A stretch of 64,000 bases of DNA from Octopus vulgaris (GCA_951406725.2 OX597823.1:86304001-86368000); one strand, 5' to 3'; shown: positions 14,198-29,526, counted from the stretch's first letter. Program-made: numbers and translations. The notes: generated from the sequence alone by a model not told the origin.

Positions 14198-15084
14198 AAT
14201 GGGAATTTTCCGGTACATATCTTTTTTCTTTGATTTTGGGTTAACTCTTTCGATTCTGTATATTTTCCCTCTTTCATTTGAAGTCCAAGACGGTTTCCTG
14301 TTCCTCTTCAGCCTCCATTCTATCTCAGCACCATAAGTCGATGGGGGCGCCACTAGTCTGGAAAAGTTTCTCTGTCTTCTTGTATAGCTTATTCTCAGTT
14401 ATTATCACTGCCATCTCAGAGATTTAGTATCCCTTATGTGAAACCTTAATTCATTCTGGAAGAAATTGCTCAATCAGGGACGAGCTATATAGAAAAGCAC
14501 GTTTTATAACTGAGAACTGGAAAGTTCCTCAATTTTTGTAACATCAATCCATTCTTAGATGATAAGATACTCCCTGGAGCAAAACAGTTCGAAACTTAGA
14601 AATTGAAAAACTACACATCTCAAATAACTGCGAGTGTTGCAAATTGCAGTACACGTATATGAAGATAAAAGCACAGAAGTCTGGGATTTTCGGATAAATT
14701 AAAAGATCAAACTATCCTGCTTTTAAACTTTCTTGAACATACTTTCGAAGTAGATTCTGTACGCAAGCAATCTTTCATACTACTTTCATTTATCTCCTGA
14801 ACTTTTAAGAATCAAAGTTTTTTTTTTAAATCTAGTCTTTGGTTCATTTCTTTTAGCAAATAATTCTGTAATAGGCTGTATATTTTAGATGCTCACACGT
14901 CTCAAAACTTCATGCATCTTCTTAGAATCGGGTGTCAAATACCGATTATGGTTTTAAGAATAATTAATATTCCGTGGTTTTAGACACTCCCAGGCATTTT
15001 CCACCGAGATCCATCGAAAGCTTTCGTATCCATTATCTTGCAGCACGAGAATTAGAATATTCCTAATTATCTTTATTTATTTAT

Positions 15085-15388
15085 TCTTGCGCCCTTATCA
15101 AGCCTAGCCAAGCTCATGGGCTCGGTTTCCTAGTTTCTGTGGCGTATGTGTTCTCCCCAGCTGGTTGGGACGCCGTCCATCGCAGCGTTTCTCAAGAAAC
15201 AGGAAGAAAGAATGAAAGAAAGTTGTGGTGAAAGAGTACAACAGGGGTCATCCCCCCCACTGCCGGAACATCGTGGAGCTTTAGGTGGTTTCACTCAATA
15301 AGCACACGCAACGCCCGGTCGGGGAATCGAAACTGCGAGTCTCCGACCGCGAGTCCACTGCCCTAACCACTGGGCCATTGCGCCTTCT
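15085..15388 (-). mobile_element. SINE-C (tRNA-derived), tail type 1
   Basis: Reverse complement ggcgcaatggcccagtggttagggcag...ggtttcgattccc shows A/B boxes; homologous to 53510-53808 throughout. Confidence 0.85.
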
Positions 15389-15683
15389 TTAATAAATGGT
15401 TAAGAAAGCATCTCTATCCCAGTAAACAAATAATTAGACAGCAAATGGAATATATGTATGACCAAATACAGTTAGATGATCTTCGGCTTTAGAATGAATA
15501 CATAAGGAGTATTTTGATCAGAAATACGCCTTCACATATTTGATAGTGAAGTTACTTTAGCGTCCGTAAAAATGTTAATGTAATATTCACAACTTTTCTC
15601 TTGTCGGGTAATTTATGGAAAAGTCCCCGCAGTTAATTTTCTGTTTCTATTTTTACTTACTGTGGGAAAGGGGCTTCCTTGTT

Positions 15684-15718
<35 letters not shown>

Positions 15719-15997
15719 TTGTAGTACCTCCATGAGTTTCTATTATTAATATATTCTTCGGCGTTTCACGATTTCAGTCATGTGCAGCATAATCCCTTCC
15801 CTTAATCCTTTACATCAAGACATACAGTTTTGCAAGAATGGTGCGTTTTAGACTATACCAAATTGCAGCTTGATGTCGATAAAACACAGATTTCGCCAAT
15901 TAAGAATAGAATAAACCTTCGAGAGAGAAAAAAAAAAATAAATAAAATATTGACTCAGGCAACAGTCATGTCTTCTACATATTCTCGATCAAATCTC

Positions 15998-16219
15998 TAC
16001 GATGGGTTGCCGAAAAGTTCTTGGCTTTAAGGGTATTACGAAAGACCTGGTTGGAAGGCCTAAACTTCCGAGTTCTTTTACAGAGCTTAGAAAAACTGAA
16101 GGACCGTAGCAATAAGTATGTGAATCTTAGAGAGGAATATGCTGAATAAAGTCATAATTAACTGATCTACCTGTATTTTCTTTGACCCAAAGTCAAGAAC
16201 GTTTCAGCACCCGCTTGTA
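15998..16219 (+). mobile_element. Internally deleted mariner (MITE)
   Basis: Imperfect ~30-bp TIRs (tacgatgggttgccgaaaagttcttggcttt / aaagtcaagaacgtttcagcacccgcttgta) flanked by TA. The interior encodes LEKLKDRSNKYVNLREEYAE*, resembling a mariner C-terminus. Confidence 0.7.
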
Positions 16220-16437
16220 TGTTGTTCGAATCCGCTTTACAAAACCCTGTATGAACTCATTTTTGTTATTTATGGCCAACATTTTTCAGTGGTCTACTCC
16301 TTTAGCATCTCGTATTATTTCCGACTGTATTATCAGTTCCACGATTACTACTTTTGTTGGTGTCATGTTCTAGTTCCCTATTACTGATGATCATGTGGCT
16401 GTTCTTGTTATCGCCATCTTTTCTGGTTGTAGCAATT

Positions 16438-17537
16438 TACCGTACATACTCGTGTAAAAGTCGAATTTTTAGACCATGTCTTAAGGTCAAATTTATGGGT
16501 TCGACTATTACATGGATACTACTTTTGAGGGGTTGAAATTCAAGCTAGAATCCGAAGTACTGTATCAGCAACAGAAGCCCGACTGATCTCTAAGCAAATA
16601 AAAAGAAAATCCCAATGAGTTACAGTGCGTCCTAATAAAAAAGAAAACTCATAAACAAAACTGCTTAGCTCTCATGAGAAGCTACCAATAAATGTCCATA
16701 ATGTGGTGTAGAGTTGTTAATCTGGAACAGGGATTCCTAAAATGTGTTCTACAAGACCCCAGAGTTCCCTGAAAGTTATCAAGGGTTCCACGTTTTAAAA
16801 GATAATGTCGAAGAATTCCGCGACAAAAGAAGTTTGGGAACTACTGATTTAGTGATTAACTAAATGTTTTTAGGATTACCGAAGTGTTGCCTCTGTACGA
16901 ATTCTTACAGTGGCGTTTGTTGTTGTTCCCTGATAGTATTGTCTGAGACACGTTTCTCCCCAAGTTAACACACAAGCGTATGACTCATGCATTTATTGTA
17001 TTTGGAGATGAAGAAAATATATAGGTCGTATGGGAACCACAGATCTAGTGATTAATAGAATGTTTTTAGCCTTATCAAAGTTATACCTTTGTACGAATTC
17101 AGTCAGTGGTGTTTAGCAGTCTTCGCCAATAGTGCTGTCTCTGAAACACGTTCCTCATCATGTAAACAAGTGTATGATGCTTGTGTTTATTGTGCTTCAA
17201 GATATGTGTAGGCTTGCAGCATATTCTGCGCATACATTTTAGTAATGGTGATCTAGCAGCCATCAACAGATGTGTAGTGCTCGCTATTAAATTGTGTTTT
17301 ACTATAAGCACCAAGCATTCCACGTATAGAGCAAGCTACAGTTAGGTAGCCGCGCAATTTTGTAACAGTTCTATTTCTAGGTACAGGATAATACCCACAA
17401 ATGGCCCACAAATGATATTGTTCGTGAAATACAAGGGTCGTCTATTATACGGGTCTATGGAAAATACCTAATTTTTGACCAAAAGTAGGGAGTTGTCTTT
17501 TACATGAAATCAATTATTACTCAAGTATATACCGTAT
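16438..17537. mobile_element. Old pogo/Tigger-like non-autonomous element containing a nested hAT-like MITE (16728-16846) and a ~197-bp diverged tandem duplication
   Basis: Ends taccgtacatactcgtgtaaaagtcga ... ttactcaagtatataccgta form imperfect TIRs. Nested cagggattcctaaa...tttgggaactactg. The duplication starts at ~16835 and ~17030. Confidence 0.55.
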
Positions 17538-18969
17538 ATTCTGCTGCATATTTCTCTTATCGGAAGCAGTATTAAAATCTTTTGTTTTCTTGTTATTGAT
17601 ATTACTGCAATAAACACAGCCGTTTTCTTAAAATCATTTATGCATCGCTACTGTGCTTCCACAGATCGCATGACTCTAAGATCACAGTCCGTATTCCTTG
17701 GGTGATTACAGTATAGTCCGTAGTATCGCTGGACATAGTATCGCAGTATAATCCGTAGTATCGCTGGACATCGGGTAGATCATCTTCTTTGATTCATGGA
17801 TTTTTTTGGTGAGGAGGAGAAGACCTTCCTCTCTTCCCCACCGAATACACACAGAAATACCCACATAATTCAGCCAACCATCTCACCGCTCAAAGGGGAT
17901 GGACAATCCCCAATTAAACATCTATTAATGTTATATCGACTCTGGAAGGAGGAAAGACAAATTCGACCTCAGTGGAATTTGGACGTAGAAAGTTAAATCG
18001 AAAGAAATACCGCAGAGAATTTTGCTTGGCGTGCTAACAGTTTCTGTCTGCTTCCCGTATTTTTCTCTTCTGAAATATTGCTTTCAAATTTTGGTACAAG
18101 GCCAGCAAATTCGGAGGAGTGCTGAGTCGATTACATCCACTCCAGTGTTCAACTTGTTTTTATTTTATCAACCCCGAAATGATAGAAGGGAAGGTGAAAT
18201 TCCTCCAAGATCGACTTTGCCTTTCATCCTTTTGGAGCCGATAAAATGAATACCAGTCAAGTAATGAGGTCGATATAACGATATATCTCCACCCCAAATT
18301 TCAGATTTTTTTTCTATATAAGATAAGAATACTAATGCTTGTTAAACGTTGGTAAACTATTTATTTTAGTTCATCAAACAGTATGCCAAGTGTCATTGTT
18401 TGAAAAAGTACACTACCTTAAATAAAGCATTAGTTGTATAAAATATAATGAAGGCTAGATCATAAAACATAAAAGCTTTATAAAAATTCCTTACATCAAG
18501 TGTGATTTTATAGTCTCTTAGAAAGTACTGTTGCATATGGGTCAGGAGATAAGTTCTGCTGGAGGAGATAATAAAATAATCAAGATTATTGTTCAAGTGT
18601 CGATAATATGCACCAAAAATAAAAATATAAATATTTGTTAATATAATTGAGTAGCTAAGTGGTTGTATATTATATTACATTATATTATAGCTAAGAAAGA
18701 AGGCTTAAAGATATTAATGTGGTGGTTATTCTAGTAGCGTTGCCTGTAACTAAAATATATGACTCAGTCAGTCAGTGTGGACATCTAGTCATTCAAATAC
18801 ACTGTCCATAGTTGGTTCTATACAAATATATGTATAAGTATAGACAAACATACACATACACAGAGAGACACAGACAAACACGCACTCTCATATATACATA
18901 TATAACAGATATACATGCTTGTATGCTTATATATATATACATCCATACATCCATACATACATACACACA

Positions 18970-19011
<42 letters not shown>

Positions 19012-19035
19012 TATACATACATACGTATATATACC

Positions 19036-19093
<58 letters not shown>

Positions 19094-19098
19094 CATAC

Positions 19099-19129
<31 letters not shown>

Positions 19130-19144
19130 TATAACACACACATA

Positions 19145-19555
<411 letters not shown>

Positions 19556-19735
19556 CATATATGTACATATATTTTATTAATGTTTAACAGATGCAATAGA
19601 GTGACTCACGAAACTCTTGGCCTTTGAGGTCACCCTCTTACATCTGTTAAATATTCATTTGAGAACAATGTATATGTATATGTATGTGTATATATATATA
19701 TATATGTATATGTATATATATATATACATATATGC

Positions 19736-19855
<120 letters not shown>

Positions 19856-19871
19856 GTTGTATATATATGGT

Positions 19872-19954
<83 letters not shown>

Positions 19955-20262
19955 TTCTATGTGGTGGTGGTGGTGGTTGTTTGTGTGTGTCTGTGCATGT
20001 ATATATATATATATAGGGTTGGTCAAAAGTCAACTGACAGTAAATCAAAACCATTGAATTCCAAGATATATTTAGGAATGAATTTGATAAAAGCATCTAA
20101 ATATGAAACATCATGAAAATTATTCAAACTGAAGTCCTTGAGCGACACATTTTTCAATTCGAGTCAATACAGAAGTACATATATTATTTATGGACTTTTG
20201 ATTTACTATCGAGTGATTTATGTCCAGCACACACACACACACACACACATATATATAAGGGA

Positions 20263-20305
<43 letters not shown>

Positions 20306-20952
20306 AGAGAATTAAATTAAGGCTTACAAGTGTAAAGCTAGGTGAAGAATATCAACGCAACGGAACATTTAGTGATGAAACTAATTAGTTCTAAATGGAA
20401 AGTCAAATTAAATTTTATAAATTCTTTTTTGTTGTTCAACTTGAATGCCATTCACCATTGCGGGTTTTTTCAATTCGCTCATTTTCGTTTGATTTATGCA
20501 AATTATTCTTACGATAAATGTGCTCTGTCTTTTGTATATGTCTAAATGTCATGCCTGTAGAAAATACTGTAGGATAATCGCTGTGCTGTTGATGCCTGTT
20601 GAGGCAGAAACACTTATTCACGATTATTCTTTTGCCTACAGCTTAGCAGCTTATCTTTTCATTAATGTCATCACAATTTCAAGGAAATTCGTGATTCATG
20701 AAATTTCTCCCCTCTTCGCATTTAGAATTGGTAACAACTGCTACCAAATAATTGGAGTACTATTTTTTCTGTGATGAGAATTAATTTCAAAATAATTGTG
20801 TATGATTTTTAGTATACAGCTAATTGCCTTTGTTATGAATATATATACACGAGCCCGCGCACAGCCATACAACATATACCTATACATACATACATACATA
20901 CATACATACATACATGGATAGATAAATAGATAGATATATGTATAAATATATA

Positions 20953-20996
<44 letters not shown>

Positions 20997-21347
20997 CACA
21001 CACACACACACAAATTAACCCCGAAACTCGTATACAGTTAATCAAAGCCGGGTGGATTCGTTATTTTTTTTTTTTTTTTTTTTTTTACCTGAGTGAGTTG
21101 TAGTATATTGCTGTCTGGGAGATATCTTATGGTACTAGAATAGTATTTTAACTGCTATTTCTGAATTTCGGTATGTGGTGAAGCAAATTTTGCTGAAGCC
21201 TAATTATAATTATGCTCATAATTATAGAATTTTTGTATAAGTTTACCGATAATGGTTCTTTTAACATAACCAAACTACTTGGGAAACTTATTAATTATTA
21301 ATTGATTAATTTATTTTACCCTTTATTATTATTGATATATATATATA

Positions 21348-22928
21348 CAGTTGCGGCCAAAATGTTCAGAACGGCATTGTTTTCGTCAGAAAAATAGGTA
21401 TACGTTTTTATCAAAGTTGTTTTATATTCTATAATCTTCACAGAGAATAAATACAATATGAATTGTTATTCTCCGAGATTTTGGTGTAATTTGAGAGGAT
21501 AATACAAAAGTTATGGATGATTTAGTGATTTACTGCAAAACCCATGGCGGCCAAAATGATCAGAACAGTTGCATTTACTCCGTGTTTTAGTATATTTAAC
21601 CGGCGAACTCTAATGTTTTGAATTTGTTTACGTGACGGTTTGTTTACTAAACATTAGTAAGAATATCTGCAGTGTACTTTGTTAATATAATGTCACTTAC
21701 TCCGTTACCAATTCGCGAGAAGATTATTAAACTTCGAAAGAAGGATAATTTAAGTATTGGGTCTATTGCAAAGATTGTTAACAAGTCAAAAAGTGTTGTA
21801 CAGGGTATTCTTAAGGTCTTCGATGATTGTGGTTCGTGTGAAGCAAGAAAGTTTACAGGTAGGGCAAGAAAAACGATCAAGAAAGAAGATCGTGCTATGG
21901 TAAAATTGGTTTAAAAAGGACAGATTTAAAACTGCTGCTGCTGTTTCTCGGAAAATGAGCATTGTACTGAAGAAAACTTTATCTCGAAAAACTGTGTCTC
22001 GTCGTTTAGTTGAACATGACCTACAAGCAAGAGCACCTGCAGTGAAGCCACTGATCAGCTCCAAGAATAAAAAGTGTCATCTTACCTTTGCAACCGAAAA
22101 TGTGTTGTGGTCTCAAGAAAAATGGCAAACGGTGCATTTCCGTGATGAATCTAAGTTTATATTATTTGGCTCAGATGGGAAAAGGTACGTTCGTCGAAAA
22201 GTAGGTGAAAAATTGTCGCCTAAATGCCTTAAGACTAGTGTTAAATTCGGTGAAGGAAGTGTCATGGTTTGGGGGATGATATCTGGAGATGGTGTGGGGC
22301 CCTTTGGTGCGATTACATGGAAAGGTAAATGCAGGAATTTATAAACAACTTGTAAAAGATCAAGCCTTGCCTGTGCTGAGAAATTCAACTAAGCGACCAC
22401 CCATATTCATGCAGGACAATGCCCCATGCCACAAGGCTAAGGTGATCATGAACTTCCTCAAGGCTGAAAAAGTTATTGTTATGGATTGGCCTGTTCAAAG
22501 CTCAGATCTCAATCCTATTGAAAATGTGTGGAATATTCTAGGAGAACGTTCGAAAGCCAGAAATCCTAAAACAACCGAGGAATTATGGAATGCCCTTCAG
22601 GAAGAATGGAATAAGATCACCCAACAAGAAATTGAAAATTTAATTTCCTCATCCAGTCGAAGATGTCAAAGTGTGATTGAAGCTAAAGGGCTTCACACTA
22701 AATATTAAATAATTCCAGTATTTCGTTCTGGTCATTTTCGCCGCCATGGATTTTGCAGTAAATCACTAAACCATCCATAACTTTTGTATTATACTCTCAA
22801 ATTACACCAAAATCTGGGACAATAACAATTCATATTGTATTTATTCTCTGTGAAAATTATAGAATTTAAAACTTATACCTACTTTTCTGACGAAAATAAT
22901 GCCGTTCTGAACATTTTGGCCGCAACTA
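21348..22928 (+). mobile_element. Full-length Tc1-family DNA transposon with ~210-220-bp IR/DR terminal inverted repeats
   Basis: TA|CAGTTGCGGCCAAAATGTTCAGAAC ... GTTCTGAACATTTTGGCCGCAACTA|TA. Arms are 21348-21568 and ~22722-22928, each with an inner copy of the terminal motif (gcggccaaaatgatcagaac). Confidence 0.95.
21690..22708 (+). pseudogene. Tc1 DD34E transposase with two frameshifts (~21910, ~22300)
   Basis: HTH SIGSIAKIVNKSKSVV, GRARK linker, FRDESKF, MVWG, and QDNAPCH...DLNPIENVW with exactly 34 residues between D and E. Ends in GLHTKY*. Confidence 0.93.
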
Positions 22929-22980
22929 TATATATCACCATATACACACGCATACACATTACACATAAAAAACTATGTGG

Positions 22981-23089
<109 letters not shown>

Positions 23090-23901
23090 ATATATATATA
23101 TATTAAACATACATACATATATACATACATACATACATACATACATACATACATACATACATACATACATACATACATACATACATACATACTCAGAGAA
23201 ACAGAGAGAGAGAGAGATAAAGAGTTCTCTTATTATGTCTGAACGCCAGTAAACCTTTATACTTACGTTTATTGTTGTTGTTGTTGTAGTTCTTCTTTTT
23301 TTTCCCTTTTCTTCTCTTTCCTCTTCTTCTTTCTTCTGCTTGTAAATAAGCATTGAATAAAGGAACACAGCGAAACCTAAAACTCATGCGTGCAATGATA
23401 AATAGATTTTTAATACACGAAGAAAAGTAAAGTTAATAGATTTATAAACACCTTAAAGCAATAATAACATTTATACAACGATGGTGATGATCGGCTAAAA
23501 TGGTAGTTTGTCAACCGGGTTGTGCAAACAATAATATTAATCAAGTAAAAAGCATCAGAACGAAACGAGCATACGCGCATGCGCATCTGTTTGTGTTTCT
23601 GCGTATAGGTCTGTGGATGTGTGCGGGCGGATGAAATATGAACAGGATTTATTTATTTATTTATTGAGCCTTTTATAAATGTATATTTGTGTTCAGCACA
23701 AGCTTCCCATTTAGTAGGGTGCGCAATCTGGTGCATGTGGATGTGTAGCTGCAGTTTTGTGACTATTAGTTCATTAGTTTTCAATATATATATATGAAAT
23801 ACAATAAGAGGTTTCCAAATAGGAAAGCCTTGCGCTAGAAAGAGCAGTAGAAAACTCAAAACCACCAAGCTTCTTATTGTATTTCTACGTGAATAGTATA
23901 T

Positions 23902-24266
23902 AGGCTGTGTGGTAAGTAGCTTGTTTACCAACCACATGGTTCCGGGTTCAGTCCCACTGCGTGGCACCTTGGGCAAGTGTCTTCTACTATAGCCTCGGGC
24001 CGACCAAAGCCTTCTGAGTGGATTTGGTAGACGGAAACTGAAAGAAGCCCGTCGTATATATGTATATATATATATGCGTGTGTGTGTTTGTGTGTCTGTG
24101 TTTGTCCCCCTAGCATTGCTTGACAACCGATGCTGGTGTGTTTACGTCCCCGTCACTGGGCTTACAAAGAATAAGTCCCGGGGTCGATTTGCTCGATTAA
24201 AGGTGGTGCTCCAGCATGGCCGCAGTCAAATGACTGAAACAAGTAAAAGAGTAAAAGAGTAAAGAG
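23902..24266 (+). mobile_element. SINE-B, near full length
   Basis: Same head, CORE-like block and tail as 13778-14197, with an (agtaaaag)n end. A second 3' partial copy lies at ~24540-24775. Confidence 0.88.
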
Positions 24267-24337
24267 TCTAATGACTAATTCGTTTTTCTGCTAGGCCACT
24301 GGTAATAATAATTTCTTATTACCCTATTGCTGTTTAT

Positions 24338-24372
<35 letters not shown>

Positions 24373-24491
24373 GTATATATATGTGTATATATATATGTAT
24401 ATATATGTGTATATATATATATATATATGGTGTGTTTGTGTGTGTATGAGTTTGTGTATATGTATATGTATATGTATATATGTGTGTGTGC

Positions 24492-24528
<37 letters not shown>

Positions 24529-25049
24529 TTATATATCTATGTGCGTGTGTCTTTGTGTTTCTGTTTGTCCACCACCACCGCTTGACAACCGGTGTTGGTG
24601 TGTTTAAGTCCCAGAAACGCAGCGGTTCTGCAAAAAGTGGGGCGCGACAAAATAAGTACTAGGCATAAATAAAATAAGTCTTAGGATCGATTTGTTCGAC
24701 AAAAAACCTTCAAGACGGTGCTCCAGCATGGCCGCAGGTCTAATGAGTGACACAAATAAAAAAGATAAGAGATAAAATATATGTATACATATGTCTTTGG
24801 GGGTGGGGTGGCAACCTTCATTATTTTATAATTATCCTGTTACCACTTTACTGAACCAGGCAACTGTGGGGCGGTTATCTCCCCTGTACACAAACGTGTG
24901 CTTTGTGGCTATAAGGGTCATTCACGCTTGTTTCTTCCAATGTAGGCGCTACCCTGCACACACAGTCACTATTAGTAACAAACGAATTTTTCCTTTATGG
25001 TATTACATTGCGTCTAGCCACCTTCATTATTTCATATGTGCGTGTGTGT

Positions 25050-25107
<58 letters not shown>

Positions 25108-25282
25108 AGGTGTCTGTCGTCTGCTCAGTCTCTGGCACGTTAATTTCACGAGAACGTTGTTCCGTTGATCGGACCAACTGGAACCCTCGTCGTCGTAAAC
25201 GGAGTACCAGTGTGTGTGTGTCTTTGTGTGTTAGTATATGTGTGTGCATGTGTGTGTATCTTTCTATCCGTGTGATTTTGTG

Positions 25283-25314
<32 letters not shown>

Positions 25315-25507
25315 AGCGTGTGTGTGCATGTGTGTGTATCTGTCTATCCTTATGTGTTTGTATATATATATGTGTGTGTGTGTGCATGTGTGTATCTGTC
25401 TATCCGTGTGTGTTTGTATATATATATATATATATGTGTGAGCCTGTGTGCATGTGTGTGTATCTGTTTATCCGTATGTGTGCATGTGTGTGTATCTGTC
25501 TATCCGT

Positions 25508-25572
<65 letters not shown>

Positions 25573-25869
25573 TGCGTACGTGTGTGTGCATTCCGAGTAG
25601 TGACGAAGTTTCCAGAATCTGCTGAGCTATTTTTTTTTATTCCCTTTGTACCTCATAACTGCAATTTCCGACTGCTGTAAACAACCCAGGAAAGATTTCC
25701 GGCAGGTTGTCAGGTTGATCTGATAATGCCACATTACATAAAGACCAAACATAAGGTAGTGATCCGGTAATACAATGAGTAGAACATTTGAAACATTTTA
25801 AGCTTTACATTATCACTGGCTCATAAATTGTAAGCTACAGCTATGATATAATGGCGATATCAATGTGTC

Positions 25870-26273
25870 TCTTTACTCTTTTACTCTTTTACTTGTTTCA
25901 GTCATTTGACTGCGGCCATGCTGGAGCACCGCCTTTAGTCGAGCAAATCGAACCCAGAACTTATTCTTTGTAAGCCTAGTACTTATTCTATCGGTCTCTT
26001 TTGTCGAACCGCTAAGTTACGGGGACGTAAACACACCAGCATCGGTTGTCAAGCGATGTTGGGTGGACAAACACAGACACACAAACATATACACACATAT
26101 ATATATATAGATATACATATATATGACAGGCTTCTTTCAATTTCCGTCTGCCAAACCCATTCACATGGCTTTGGTCGGCCCGAGGCTATAGTAGAAGACA
26201 CTTGCCCAAGGTGCCATGCACTGGGACTGAACCCGGAACCATGTGGTTGGTAAACAAGCTACTTACCACACAG
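25870..26273 (-). mobile_element. SINE-B, full length
   Basis: Reverse complement of the SINE-B consensus from head to (agtaaaag)n tail. Confidence 0.88.
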
Positions 26274-26556
26274 CCGGATCCAGTTTAGCGAATTTATTCT
26301 GTTTTATTTATGCATTTATGTATTTATTTAATTTTCGAGATTTTCTGAGATGCTTTATTATTTGTAGTTTGGGGATTCCGGCTCATAGGAGACTATGAAA
26401 AGAGTACCCGTGTTAAATATTGCAGAATATACACACGGGACAATATAATCCCTGAAGGGACAGCAGGGATGGCTGTAGCTTGAAATCCTATGATTATTTG
26501 TAGGTATGTCCGATGGGAGTTGACATGTTAATGCACAACAAAAGGAAATGCATTAA

Positions 26557-26611
<55 letters not shown>

Positions 26612-27189
26612 ACACACACACACACACATATATAAAGCTTGCGGAGTCATTACTGTGGCGGGCAAAATGCTTCGCGGCATTTCGTCCGTCTTTATGTTCT
26701 GAGTTCAAAGCCGAAGCCGATTTTGTCTTCTACCCTTTCGGGCTCGGTAAAATAAACATAATTTGAGCACTGAGGCCGCCGAAATGTAGAAAGTTAAATA
26801 GGGTAGAGGTGGAAAGTATTGAAGGATGCAGAGTGATGTGGAAGTGGAAGGATGGTAAAGTTTTATGGTAATAACGAGGTCAGTTTAAGTGAGTTTTATG
26901 CGGCAACAGCCAAGTCAAGTTTATTACTTGAGAAGTAAGAAGCTATGAAGATGGTGCCGATGGACAAAAGTGCATAAAGAGAGAAAAAAAACAATCGTCT
27001 TCCAAAAATAAAATGAAAGAAAGAAAGAAGTGTGTAAAAGAAACAGCGGGAAATGCGCGTGAGGAAATTAAGCAAAGAATTTTCAGAAATAAGAATTGTA
27101 AAGACAAATAGTTGTTGACTTAATAGAGAAGGAAGACAGCCAAGTGCAGAGATATAGGACGAGATGTAGAAAGAGGCCTGAAGTAATCA

Positions 27190-27571
27190 TCTCTCTCTAT
27201 ATAAACGGCAGTTTGTCTGTGCGTTTTCTGTGTGTCTGTTTTCTCGTACCCTCACTCTGACCACGGCTTTCAACCGATTCTGATGAAACTTGACACACAC
27301 ATAGCCCAATGTCATAATTCAAAACTAACGCAGCGAAAATTTTGAAAAGTTCCCCCAGTTCTGAAAAAAATCGATAAATTCGACGTGGGGTCGAGAATCA
27401 GAAACCCAAACCACAGACCGCCTAGGGGACGCAACTCCACCTTTTTTAACTCTCACCTTTTTTAACATCATTTTTTTTCCATTTTTTTGCTATTTTTTGG
27501 CTATAACTCTCTAAAAATGCTTTATAGTTATTTCCCTTACAAACCTGAGCAACGCCGGGCGATACTGCTAG
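27190..27571 (+). mobile_element. Non-autonomous Helitron
   Basis: A|TC 5' end; 3' imperfect hairpin cctgagc-aac-gccggg plus CTAG|T; no TSD. The first ~210 bp are nearly identical to 55374-55577. Confidence 0.8.
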
Positions 27572-27709
27572 TTTAGCATATGGGCAATCTACAGAAATGC
27601 TAAATAGAAGCAGAGTGTACACTGTTTGAATGCATTCAATAGGTGAATTGAATATGCAATCTGCACACATCTAAGATGGAGCGGAATGCATGCATACAAA
27701 TATCTGTGA

Positions 27710-28258
27710 GTATGTACGTTCTGAGTTCAAATGCCAACCGGGTTCGACTTTGCCTTTCATCCTTTTGGGTTCAAGAAAATAAGTGCCTGTTTAGCACTGG
27801 ATTCCATGTAACAGACTTACATGCAAGCCAGAAATTGCTGGCCTTGTGCCAAGATTTGAAACAATTATTACTGTGGCGAGCTAGAAGGATCGTTAGTACG
27901 ATGGACGAAATGCTTAGTGGTAATTCGTTCGTCGCTACGTTCTGACTTCAAATTCCGCCGAGGTCGACTTTGCCTTTCATCCTTTCAGGGTCGATAAATT
28001 AAGTACCAGTTACTCACTGGGATCGACATAATCGACTTGATCCGTTTGTCCGTCCTTGTTTGTCCCTTCTGTGTTTAACCCTTTGTGGATTGTAAAGAAA
28101 TAGGTGTTTCGTTTGTCTTTATGTTCTGAGTTCAAATTCCGCCGAGGTCGAATTTGCCTTTCATCCTTACAGATCCGATTAAGTAAATACCAGTCATGCA
28201 CTGGGTCGGTGTAATCGACTAGACACCCCTCCCTTAAAATGTTTGGCCTTGTGCTTAT
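27710..28258 (+). mobile_element. SINE-A fragment (27710-27865) and dimeric copy (27874-28258)
   Basis: B-box and central block are repeated; 3' ggccttgtgc tail. Confidence 0.82.
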
Positions 28259-29384
28259 CGTATGTGTATGATTCATATTAATATTATCAGAGTCATCGTT
28301 ATTGATGAGGCTATATTTATCTCCATGGTTTCAAGCGTGCTGTATTTCACACAATAGAACAATAAAAAAAATGCTTTAACATAGCTCAAACAAGGATAAG
28401 TAAACAAAATGGCCGAACGAAAGAAAGTAAGAAAAAAGAAAGTAAGAATAAAGAAAGAAAGAAAGAAAGAATTAGTAAAAGTGTTATAAGATCTTCCTAC
28501 TTTCGTGTTTCATAGATACCCTCGTTATCTCGTCTAGCAACGGGTGTTAAAACTGGTGACAGCATGATTCGTACCAGCGCAAAGCTATAAGAACCGAGAA
28601 AAGACATTCTAACGATGGATTTTTAATAAATAATTTCAATAATACAACTTAAGTGACTGTAAACCGGTTGTAACTGAGCTATATGAATTTTATGAAAATT
28701 AAAAAATGTAAATTGTAATATAAATGTATATAACTATATTTTGCTATAATTTTTATTATCATATGAGCACAATTTATTGTGATTGAGAACGAAATGCCAC
28801 GAAGCTGTTTGAATGCTGAAGAAATTAAAAATTAAAATAGACTTATGTTAAATTTACATACCTATTTTCTTCCTTTTTTAAAAAAAAATTCAGCAAACAG
28901 AACAGAGGTAGCAGGGTGGGGTATTTACACTGGTACATATGTAAAACATGTTTTGATAAATTCAAGTGATTTTTATACATTTTTCTGGCGCTGAATTAAA
29001 AATGAAAACCATTTTTCTTCATCACAAAAACCTTAGCATAAACAAAAAGAAAAGAATTAACCACTTCTTTTTTATATTTTCATTTATACTTTTTTTTATC
29101 ATTTTGCATATGTAATTATAATTAATTATGCAGAATGATAATAAAGTAGCCATGTGTACATAATCAAACAGTCATTTACATATTGATATAAACTCTCCAT
29201 GTAAATATATAATTATTTACACATGGTTATTTTATTCCGATGCTAAGTTCGTATTTAATGTGTATGTAAGTATGTATATATTATATGTTTATATGTTTAT
29301 GTCTATGTACACGTTTATATATATGCATGTATGTATATGTTTATATGTATATACATGTATGTATGTATATATACATTTATGCAT

Positions 29385-29425
<41 letters not shown>

Positions 29426-29488
29426 TATATGTATATATATATGTGTGTGTGTGTGTATGTATACATATAAATATTATATATATATATG

Positions 29489-29526
<38 letters not shown>

